Positions 7,701 through 15,844 of a DNA stretch of 64,000 nt are shown piece after piece. Numbering within the stretch: position 1 is the first letter of the stretch; the number at the start of each line of letters is the position of its first letter. The position numbers were made by a program, and so were the translations under genes. A model generated the notes under the pieces. It made no database searches. It had not been told where the DNA came from and saw nothing but the letters and a program-made list of their open reading frames with translations. The DNA is from Bdellovibrionota bacterium (GTDB lineage Bacteria; Bdellovibrionota_C; UBA2361; OMII01), in assembly GCA_044351885.1 (NCBI GenBank), contig JBILEW010000004.1, positions 10,155-74,154 on the forward strand, written 5' to 3'.

Positions 7701-8549
7701 CTAGACAAACATGAGGACTGCCGCGCGCTTGCAGAGCCTCATGACGTCCTCTTTGATAGGTAACGGCAGGCTGACTTCGATAGGAGGGGCGTTGTGCTGT
7801 TGTCTCATTATGGAGATCTGAACCAGCACACCCGCTAATACCGCACATTTCGCACCCTGTGCTCCCGAGAGATTCAGTCTGTACGTTTCGTCTTTTGCCA
7901 ACGATTTCACGTATGCTCCGAGGCTCAATATCCACTCGTCGTTATGTAATATATCGGCAGGAGGGATGATTTCAACGTATCCCTCTCGAGTGAGCACCTG
8001 GGTAGTTCCTCCTTTGGTAGAGGGCGGAGAGAGGTGGCCCGCTGACTTCGACCCATCTTCATTCAAAGAGAACTTCATAGAGGGAGTGCGGAGTGATGAA
8101 GACCAGGTGGCGTGAGTGGAAGGAGCCGCATCACGGGATGACGGTGCTACGCCTTCGACAGGGGTTATTTGGAAATTAGGCCCCTGCAGCTTGTCTAATC
8201 TCATAGACTTGAGCTTGTCGTGCTGCGTCGGAGTTACTACGAGCTCTACGGGAGACTGCTTCGTGAGAGTGACGAAGTATGCGAAAGGGACCTCGTCGGC
8301 GGCCCTAACCTTAGTAACATCAAAAACTATCTTAGTGTTGGGCGAGTCGGTCTTTAGATCGGGACCTTTCAGCGCTTCCTCAATTTCCCTCCTACGTTCG
8401 AAGGCAGAAATATTTTCGCCTGAGAGCATAATCAACGGCTTGCCGTGATCGTCTTTACTTATTCTGAGCGAGCGGGCGGAATTTGAAATGCAGAGCCCTT
8501 CGAGCCCTGATGTGTGAGATACAGTTGTGTCTGTTACTGTGTCTGCCAC
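7701..8549 (-). CDS. hypothetical protein, possibly two STAS-like halves
   Basis: Uninterrupted 282-aa ORF. LIMLSGENISAFERRREIEEAL...IVFDVTKVRAADEV and YRLNLSGAQGAKCAVLAGVLVQI loosely resemble STAS/anti-sigma-antagonist strands. The domain call is weak. Confidence 0.45.
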   Translation of the reverse strand: MADTVTDTTVSHTSGLEGLCISNSARSLRISKDDHGKPLIMLSGENISAFERRREIEEALKGPDLKTDSPNTKIVFDVTKVRAADEVPFAYFVTLTKQSPVELVVTPTQHDKLKSMRLDKLQGPNFQITPVEGVAPSSRDAAPSTHATWSSSLRTPSMKFSLNEDGSKSAGHLSPPSTKGGTTQVLTREGYVEIIPPADILHNDEWILSLGAYVKSLAKDETYRLNLSGAQGAKCAVLAGVLVQISIMRQQHNAPPIEVSLPLPIKEDVMRLCKRAAVLMFV

Positions 8550-8867
8550 GATGGTTTCTCCACTATACTCCCAGGAGAATGCTAAGCCTCCCTAAGCTTT
8601 CATTCGAAAAGCGAAGTAACCGGATTGTGACATGGATTCAGAGACTAACCCACCTGTTTTAAGTTGGGGTGGTCGCATGCAAGCCCTCCTACGGATAAAA
8701 AGGCTTTGAATTTGCCATGTTAAATCAAAAACAGGCACATCGGATGCTGTATGCGGCCGGGGGGCCTCACACAGGCCCATGTCTCGTGTCATTTAACTAC
8801 CTCGAAGGTCAGGTCTAAAGAGTCGCTTAAGTACGTCTACAGACCAGAGCGACCCAACTTCTATCGT

Positions 8868-9491
8868 ATGACAGTATCGGATGTAGTCTTCATTCAGCTG
8901 CTTTTGTGGCTGGGATTCTATCTCATTATAGCAGGGGGGGCAGGTGTCATTACTGGCGCCCGCTGGGTGCATCAGAGCCCGATCGTATTTCATCGTCCAG
9001 CGATATACATCCTCGTTGGAGGTTTGCTACTTCACGACGTTTTGGTGATGACACTCGGAGAGCCGATTACCTATGCGCTGATTGTTCCTTTGGTGCTGTG
9101 GGTCATATATGAGACGGTCCATCCTTTCATCGTCGCATCGGTCGGAATAACGGGCACCAGGCCCGAGACGATCGAAGACGATCTTCAGCGGGCTTTTTCC
9201 GAACTCAAGGTTCGCTATCGCGGCACGTATCCCAGTTATGATCTCCTGGACGATAACGCCCAGGTAAGGGTCAAATATTGGAAGGGGATGGAGGAGGGAC
9301 AGCTCACGATATCCCCAGCTTCCAAACGATATCTGCTTACGAAGATTTTGGAGATAGTGGACAAGAAATCGAAGTCCGAGGAGCAGGCGAAAGCGTCACG
9401 GGCATTTATCCTCGACCTTCTGGTCGGATTTCTGTTAATCGTTTTTGCTGCGTGGCAGATCTCTATGAAGGTGTATCCTTCAACGCCTTAA
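8868..9491 (+). CDS. integral membrane protein, function unknown
   Basis: Several hydrophobic helices, for example FIQLLLWLGFYLIIAGGAGVI and LDLLVGFLLIVFAAW. I moved the start to ATG 8868. Confidence 0.5.
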   Translation: MTVSDVVFIQLLLWLGFYLIIAGGAGVITGARWVHQSPIVFHRPAIYILVGGLLLHDVLVMTLGEPITYALIVPLVLWVIYETVHPFIVASVGITGTRPETIEDDLQRAFSELKVRYRGTYPSYDLLDDNAQVRVKYWKGMEEGQLTISPASKRYLLTKILEIVDKKSKSEEQAKASRAFILDLLVGFLLIVFAAWQISMKVYPSTP

Positions 9492-10770
9492 TAGCCCCAG
9501 TAAACGGAGCCGGATCGAAACGCTCAGAGCTCGCGAGGGTAGCAAATACCTTGTCGAGAGCCGCCTTGTGGCGCTTCCCGAGAGTTGGCGAAGAGGCGAG
9601 TACTGCTTGAATACCCATGGTGATCTGTTCCGCTATTTCGTACGTAGGCGCAGGATTTCGGGCTGAAAACGAAACTAAACTTTTCAGGAGCGCGGCACAG
9701 GTTGTTTCGTCTGCCGAAATACGCGCGACGAGTGCTGTCACTTGACCATCAAAAAGCTGGGAGAGCGTCCCCAACGCCGCGGGGGCACCATCCTCCTGAT
9801 ACGAGTCGTGGACTATTTTCATTTGGGTCGTGATGGTCGACGCTAGCGATGGGTCGAGCGCTCCCAAAGCCTCCTGGAGGATGACGAGAGAGGGGAGGTT
9901 TACTTTCAGTCGTCCCGGCTTTCCTCCGTACGTCCTGTGCTTCCACTGCTTCTCAGTGAGGCTGTGGTGGCAAGAGAAACAATCAAAGGTGCTCAACTCT
10001 GGGAACTGTCCCTTTTTGACGCGCTCGGGGTCGCGGAGAACACGTAATGCCTCTCGGGCATGTGTAGCTTGTCCAACGAGCCATGCTCGCACTGGAATGT
10101 ATGCCTCCTTCCGTTGTACGTAATCCTTGTCGACCACCCAATGTTTAGGTTGGAGGACTCCGAAGGTGTCGAGCTCGAAGGTCAGCCGGGGGTGTCCAGC
10201 ACCGTAGAGATCGTGGCTGACCCACTTATTCTTGTCGCCCTGATGACACGACAAGCACATGGTTGCTCGCTCGGGAAGTGGAACGATATTGGCTAATCCA
10301 TTAGCCAGATTATCTTTGTGCGTCGCCTCCGAGTCCGTGTGCGTCGAGAGCCATTTTTCCGCAGCACCGTGACACGATTCGCACGAAACTCCGTCCTCGA
10401 TCTGAAACTTCTCGCCGCGCAAGGACTCCTCGGGAACGTAGGTAGCATGGCATTCGAGGCACAAACGATCTTTGGTCGCATCAGCGATGCCGAGGAGACT
10501 CGCCATCCGCTTACCATCCTCGTTACGCAGCACCGAGTAGGCTCGGGAGTGTTTGTCGTGCTTCAGCCAGGTGTAGTACTCGTTCTGTAAGACAGGCGAT
10601 CCTGTGAGCGGCTTCACGCTACCGTGACAGTTCGAACTTGAGCACGAGCCGACCCCCATGAAGCGCGCGTTGGTATGCGTCGGCTCTGCAGAAGCGCTAG
10701 CCATCAAAAGCACAAAGGAGGCGAAAAAGAGGGCGTGAAAATTATAAAAACGTTTGACTCTGTCCGTCAT
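9463..10770 (-). CDS. secreted multihaem c-type cytochrome (4 CxxCH + 1 CxxxxCH)
   Basis: Signal peptide FFASFVLLMASASA. Haem motifs CSSSNCH, CLECH, CESCH, CLSCH and CFSCH. Confidence 0.8.
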   Translation of the reverse strand: MTDRVKRFYNFHALFFASFVLLMASASAEPTHTNARFMGVGSCSSSNCHGSVKPLTGSPVLQNEYYTWLKHDKHSRAYSVLRNEDGKRMASLLGIADATKDRLCLECHATYVPEESLRGEKFQIEDGVSCESCHGAAEKWLSTHTDSEATHKDNLANGLANIVPLPERATMCLSCHQGDKNKWVSHDLYGAGHPRLTFELDTFGVLQPKHWVVDKDYVQRKEAYIPVRAWLVGQATHAREALRVLRDPERVKKGQFPELSTFDCFSCHHSLTEKQWKHRTYGGKPGRLKVNLPSLVILQEALGALDPSLASTITTQMKIVHDSYQEDGAPAALGTLSQLFDGQVTALVARISADETTCAALLKSLVSFSARNPAPTYEIAEQITMGIQAVLASSPTLGKRHKAALDKVFATLASSERFDPAPFTGAIKALKDTPS

Positions 10771-10985
10771 AATACTCTGTGCGCTGATTATAAACGCAGG
10801 GCTGCTCGAAATGAGGGCCCATAGGTTCGTTGTCTACACGATTTGTAAGCACTTGTTCAGCTTTTTCTCAGAAAGAAATTGATTCACCTCGTACTGAAAT
10901 TTATATTCAGGCCCGTCATCGGCGACTCTAATGTTTTCTTACGAGAGAATCGAGAGAGTTTTGAGCCGTTCTTCTCTACGGGAGC

Positions 10986-13328
10986 ATGCCAGAACATTAC
11001 GAGATAGCCATAATCGGCGCTGGGCCTGGGGGAATAGGCGCCGCAACGAATGCGGCACACTACAAGATGCCTCACGTGCTCTTCGAGAAGGGCCAGATCG
11101 CAAACACCATTTACGATTACCAGCTTCGTAAGCATGTCATGGCTGAGCCGGGGCGCTTGCCGCTCCGCGCACGGTGTCGCTTCGAGGAGGGAAGTAGGGA
11201 GGAGATCCTCCAAGCTTTCGCCGAGGACTTGAAGACCTCTGGTACCAACTTCGTGAAGGGCGAGGTTGCGAAGATCGTAAAGACGAACATCGGTTTCGAA
11301 ATCCATCACTCTGGTGGGCTTTGCACGGCAAAATACGTTGTCCTCGCTTCTGGAGTGCAGGGTTCGCCGAGAAAGCTCGGAGTTGGCGGCGAGGAGCTCC
11401 CACACGTAGCCTACACACTCGCTGACCCGGGAGCTTTTAACGGCCGTAACATAATCGTCGTTGGAGCAGGAGATGCCGCTATCGAGAACGCTCTCGCGCT
11501 CATGGAATCCAATACTGTTTTCCTCGTCAATCGAGGTGGCGAGTTTGCGCGAGCCAAGGACGCCAACGTAAAACGTGTGCAAAACGCCATCCAGTCAGGT
11601 GCGTTGAGGTGTTTTTTCAACGCGACACTTGCTCGAATTGAGTCGCAGGTTACCTACGTCAACACTCCAGAGGGAGAGGTATCCGTTGCATGTGATCATA
11701 TCATAGCGCGCCTGGGGTGCGTCTTGCCGCGGAAGTTCATCGAGTCGATGGGGATTCAGTTTCCCAATTCCGAGCCGACGGCCGTACCTGTAGTTAGCGA
11801 GAAATACGAGTCGAACGTTCCCGGGCTCTTCATCGTAGGCGCTCTTATCGGTTACCCCCTTATCAAGCAGGCCATCAATCAAGGCTACGAGGTTGTGGAG
11901 CATATAAGGGGTAATGCGATTCAACCGGCGGACCAACCCTTACTCGAGGAGCGCTTCGCGCATCTACCGGGTGCGTGGGCCGAAAACTTCCCCAAAATAA
12001 CCAAAAATGTGCCGCTCTTTGCAGACCTCAGCTCGCCACAGCTGAGAGAGATGTTGATCGATTCGAGCATACACCTGTTTCAACCCGGCGGTGTGGTGTT
12101 CGAGAAGAACGACTTCACCGATACGTTTTGGAGCGTCGTATCTGGAGCGGTCGAGGTCGAGATCGACGAAGACAAAAAGGTGGTTCTCGGGCAGGGGCAG
12201 TTCTTCGGTGAGATGGGTCTCATTTCCGGAAGGCGGCGTGTGGCCACGGTACGGGCGGCCACTGCCGATACGCTGCTGCTCGAAACCCCGCGCAAGCAGA
12301 TGCTCAAGTTGATAGCGTCCGTAAACTCGGTTCGGCGTGCGCTCGACGAGGTCTTTATCGTTCGCATCCTTCAATCGAGCATATTTCCCGAGGTAGATCA
12401 GTCGTTCCTTCAGGCGCTTGCCAAGCGCTTGAAGATGCAGAACTTCAAGAAGGGTGATGTGCTCTTCTCGGAGGGAGATATCGGAGACAAGTTGTACGTA
12501 ATCCGTAAAGGATCAGTGAAGATCTCCCGCCGCAACAGGGCGGGCGTCGATGTCGCGCAAACGTATATTCCCGCTGGTCGATATGTGGGAGAGATGGCGC
12601 TCTTGAGTGAGCGAGACACCCCTCGATCTGCTACCGTTTCCGCCGCCGTAGCGTGCGAGACGATCGTCATCGAAAAGGGCGATTTCCTCGAGATAGTGCG
12701 CGAGTTCCCCCGCGAGCGCGCGCGTATCGAGCGTTTGGTCGAAGAGCGCAAGATCGAGAATGTCACAGCAGATCTCGGGGAGGCTTCGGGAACTCTGCTG
12801 GATTTTATGTTCAAAGAGGGCCTCTCCGACGCCGACAACGTACTTCTTATCGATTCAGATCGATGTATAGCGTGTGACAACTGCGAGGCTGCGTGCGCAG
12901 CGACGCATGATGGTTATTCACGCCTGGATCGCAAAGGGGGGAAGAGTCTGGCGACGATCCAGATCCCGATCTCGTGTCGACACTGCGAGAACCCGCTGTG
13001 CATGACCGACTGTCCTCCGGATGCGCTCACGCGTATGCCCAACGGAGAGGTCGTTATTCGTGATTCATGTATCGGGTGTGGTAACTGTGTAGGAAACTGT
13101 CCTTACGGGGTCATCAAGATAGTCCACGAAAAGGTGGGCAAGGTGCGATCACTGTTCGCGTGGCTCGGATGGGGAACTGCAGAGGAAGGTCCTGCCAAGG
13201 CGGCGAAATGCGATCAGTGTCACGACTTGAAGGGTGGACCTGCTTGTGTGAGGGCGTGCCCGACCGGGGCCGCCATGCGCGTGAACTCGGCGCGCCTCAT
13301 AGAGATCGCTACGTCAAAAAGGGTGTAA
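10986..13328 (+). CDS. FAD/NAD(P) oxidoreductase (thioredoxin-reductase fold) fused to 2 cNMP-binding domains and a 4x[4Fe-4S] ferredoxin module
   Basis: IAIIGAGPGGIGAA and IIVVGAGDAAIENA form the dinucleotide folds. FFGEMGLISGRRRVATVRA and YVGEMALLSERDTPRSATVSA mark the cNMP-binding domains. The Cys clusters are CIACDNCEAAC, CRHCENPLCMTDCP, CIGCGNCVGNCP and CDQC...CVRACP. Confidence 0.85.
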   Translation: MPEHYEIAIIGAGPGGIGAATNAAHYKMPHVLFEKGQIANTIYDYQLRKHVMAEPGRLPLRARCRFEEGSREEILQAFAEDLKTSGTNFVKGEVAKIVKTNIGFEIHHSGGLCTAKYVVLASGVQGSPRKLGVGGEELPHVAYTLADPGAFNGRNIIVVGAGDAAIENALALMESNTVFLVNRGGEFARAKDANVKRVQNAIQSGALRCFFNATLARIESQVTYVNTPEGEVSVACDHIIARLGCVLPRKFIESMGIQFPNSEPTAVPVVSEKYESNVPGLFIVGALIGYPLIKQAINQGYEVVEHIRGNAIQPADQPLLEERFAHLPGAWAENFPKITKNVPLFADLSSPQLREMLIDSSIHLFQPGGVVFEKNDFTDTFWSVVSGAVEVEIDEDKKVVLGQGQFFGEMGLISGRRRVATVRAATADTLLLETPRKQMLKLIASVNSVRRALDEVFIVRILQSSIFPEVDQSFLQALAKRLKMQNFKKGDVLFSEGDIGDKLYVIRKGSVKISRRNRAGVDVAQTYIPAGRYVGEMALLSERDTPRSATVSAAVACETIVIEKGDFLEIVREFPRERARIERLVEERKIENVTADLGEASGTLLDFMFKEGLSDADNVLLIDSDRCIACDNCEAACAATHDGYSRLDRKGGKSLATIQIPISCRHCENPLCMTDCPPDALTRMPNGEVVIRDSCIGCGNCVGNCPYGVIKIVHEKVGKVRSLFAWLGWGTAEEGPAKAAKCDQCHDLKGGPACVRACPTGAAMRVNSARLIEIATSKRV

Positions 13329-13331
13329 TCG

Positions 13332-14150
13332 GTGGATGGCGATACCTTCATAAGTTACCGGCGGTTTCGATGGCTGTGGATTACGCTCGCGGCACTCGTC
13401 GTGTGTACTGCCGTTTATCTGATCGATGATCCTGTCGGCGGAAGAAACGGCGGCACTGTCGTGGGATACACCCTTGGTGTAGTGGCGACCCTAGCTATCG
13501 TATGGTTGATGACGTTTGGCATGCGTAAGCGGGCCTATGCCTCGAGTCTCGGGACGCTCGAAGGATGGCTCGCAGCTCACGTATGGATCGGAATCGGCTT
13601 GCTACTGCTCGTGCCGCTCCATGCCGGTTTCAGCTACGGTTGCAACATCCATACTCTGGCATACGTTCTGATGGTCCTTACGATTGTGACGGGGATCTGG
13701 GGAGCCATGAATTACTCTCGGCTCTCTTCGCAGATCGAGTCTCACAGAGGCGGATTGAAAACGGACCGTATCCTCGAGCAGATTCGATCCCTAGACGGAG
13801 AGATCGAAAAGCTGATAGCTACAAAGAGCGACGCATTTCTGAGTTTCGTGAAGCATCTTGATTTTTCGCTCAAGCCGAATCTCCGACTATTGATGCGACC
13901 CGGAGCGGTTGTTGGTATCGATACAAAGCAGGCCACAGACTCGATTCTTTCGTTGCCCGAAACCGAGCGGAGCGATGCTTTGAGTGTATTGGGGCTTATC
14001 GATCAGAAGAGCGATCTATCGAGGATCGTGGTTCGGGAGAGTCACATCAAGATGTTGTTGCGAGTGTGGCTCTTTGTTCATGTGCCGGTGTCCGTTGCTC
14101 TCTGCGGTGCCGTGGCGATTCACATCTTCTCTGTCTTTTTCATGTGGTAG
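13332..14150 (+). CDS. polytopic membrane protein with conserved-looking His in TM helices (possible b-type cytochrome subunit)
   Basis: GTG start 4 nt after the upstream stop. TM segments contain LAAHVWIGIGLLLLVPLHAG, NIHTLAYVLMVL and LFVHVPVSVALCGAVAIHIF. The haem-b role is inference only. Confidence 0.6.
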   Translation: MDGDTFISYRRFRWLWITLAALVVCTAVYLIDDPVGGRNGGTVVGYTLGVVATLAIVWLMTFGMRKRAYASSLGTLEGWLAAHVWIGIGLLLLVPLHAGFSYGCNIHTLAYVLMVLTIVTGIWGAMNYSRLSSQIESHRGGLKTDRILEQIRSLDGEIEKLIATKSDAFLSFVKHLDFSLKPNLRLLMRPGAVVGIDTKQATDSILSLPETERSDALSVLGLIDQKSDLSRIVVRESHIKMLLRVWLFVHVPVSVALCGAVAIHIFSVFFMW

Positions 14151-14156
14151 GTCGGC

Positions 14157-15830
14157 ATGTTTCGTCACGTACAAGAGAGGCTCTCACGAAACGGCTCGAT
14201 TGAGCAGCTTTCCACGGATTTTTCGGTATCCGAGCTTGTTGTCGGTCGTGGTGGTCGGTCGAGCATAATCCTCTCAAGTCGGGAAGTTTCGCTCGAGCAC
14301 GCTCTGTTCAAGTGGGAGAATGGGGTTGTTTCGGTGACGGATCTCGATTCTTTGAATGGGGTCCGGGTAAACGGCAAGAGAATTTCCCGGACCGTTTTGA
14401 GCGCCGGCGACCAGGTTCAGCTCGGAGATATGGGGTTTCGTGTCGAGCTCGCCGACGCCGTCGTCTCGCTCGTTCAGCGGCTCGGAGGAGAGTCGAGTAC
14501 GTCACGGGAAAAGACGGAAGTAGGGGCGGCGGAGGCTATTCGAAAGCTGCGTATCGACAGCTACCTTCCGCCGATGCGAGTACTTAGCTATGCGGCGCTC
14601 ATTTTGGTGGTCGGAATCTTTTTTGTTCGGCCTATGTTCACGAGACACAGCTTGTCCTGGAGCAGTGGCCCGATCTCGAACAGTCACAAGCTCATTGCTG
14701 CAGATTGCACTCGGTGCCACTCGATGCCCTTCACGCACGTTCCAGATAAGGAGTGTCAGTCGTGTCACTCGATGAGTGAGCACACGAAAGACATGGCGCA
14801 GTTGACCTCGCATCATCCGGACATGACGTTTCGATGCGGGCAGTGCCACATGGAGCACAACGGTGACGGTGCTCTGATATCGCGAGATTCCCGTTTTTGT
14901 GTGCAATGTCACTCCTCGATAGGAGCATTCAAGCAGAACCCGAGCATCGAGAACGTAGCGAGCTTCGAGGATCATCCGCAGTTTCGCGTTGCGGTATCCG
15001 AACCCTCGGGTCGATCGATTAGGGTGCCGATCGACGATCAGGCTCGGGCGAAGGACTCGACACCGATCAAGCTCAATCATGCGGTGCACCTCAAGCGTGG
15101 ACTCAGGGGAAAAAACGGCCCGGTCACCTTAGAGTGTAGTTCGTGCCACGAACTCGATCGGGATTTTCGTGTAATGAAGCCGATCCGCTACGAGCAGCAC
15201 TGCGCGGATTGTCATACCCTCGGATTCGACGAACGGCTGCCGAATGCACAGGTACCGCATGGTGATGCAGAGGGCGTGTACGCAGCTCTCTTTACGGAGT
15301 ACACGAAGCTCTTCTTGCTCAAGGAGGGGCCAATGTCGATTCAGTTACCAAAAGACAGGGAGATGCCTAAGGGTACAAAAGGTACCTCCGTGACCCCTCC
15401 CGTGCTTGATACCACTGCGATCGCGGCAAGTGCGCGTGATGCAGAGCGGCAGCTCTTCACGAAGACGGCATGCTTCGAGTGTCACAATGTAACCGAGAAG
15501 CCTGCCTCTGAGCAGAACGATAGTAATTCGCACTATCGGGTCCCCCCACCCCATATCCCGAACGTATGGTACTCCGCTGCTCGTTTCAGTCACGGTGCTC
15601 ACGAACCGTTTGCGTGTGAGTCCTGTCACCAGGGCACCCGTAAATCGACCAAGACAAGCGATCTTTTGCTTCCCGATATCTCCAACTGTAGAGAGTGTCA
15701 CGTGCAGCAGAATAAGCCTGGGTTCGTCACATCGGATTGTGTGTTGTGTCACTCGTATCACGTTTCTGAGAGCGTTCCGCACGGTGATAAGAAGGATATC
15801 ACAGAGTATCTTAGCGGGCTGACGAGGTAG
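14157..15830 (+). CDS. FHA domain - TM - decahaem c-type cytochrome
   Basis: FHA signature VVGRGGRSSIILSSREVSLEHALF...DLDSLNGVRVNGKRI. One TM helix (LSYAALILVVGIFFV). Ten CxxCH motifs follow. Confidence 0.85.
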   Translation: MFRHVQERLSRNGSIEQLSTDFSVSELVVGRGGRSSIILSSREVSLEHALFKWENGVVSVTDLDSLNGVRVNGKRISRTVLSAGDQVQLGDMGFRVELADAVVSLVQRLGGESSTSREKTEVGAAEAIRKLRIDSYLPPMRVLSYAALILVVGIFFVRPMFTRHSLSWSSGPISNSHKLIAADCTRCHSMPFTHVPDKECQSCHSMSEHTKDMAQLTSHHPDMTFRCGQCHMEHNGDGALISRDSRFCVQCHSSIGAFKQNPSIENVASFEDHPQFRVAVSEPSGRSIRVPIDDQARAKDSTPIKLNHAVHLKRGLRGKNGPVTLECSSCHELDRDFRVMKPIRYEQHCADCHTLGFDERLPNAQVPHGDAEGVYAALFTEYTKLFLLKEGPMSIQLPKDREMPKGTKGTSVTPPVLDTTAIAASARDAERQLFTKTACFECHNVTEKPASEQNDSNSHYRVPPPHIPNVWYSAARFSHGAHEPFACESCHQGTRKSTKTSDLLLPDISNCRECHVQQNKPGFVTSDCVLCHSYHVSESVPHGDKKDITEYLSGLTR

Positions 15831-15844
15831 TAGTAGGGAGTCTT

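Noticed and set aside
10895-10909. TGAAATTTATATTCA in the divergent cytochrome promoter region, considered as a Crp/Fnr-type site.
   Set aside because: Only the outer TGAA/TTCA are symmetric. It matches neither TGTGA-N6-TCACA nor TTGAT-N4-ATCAA well enough to call.
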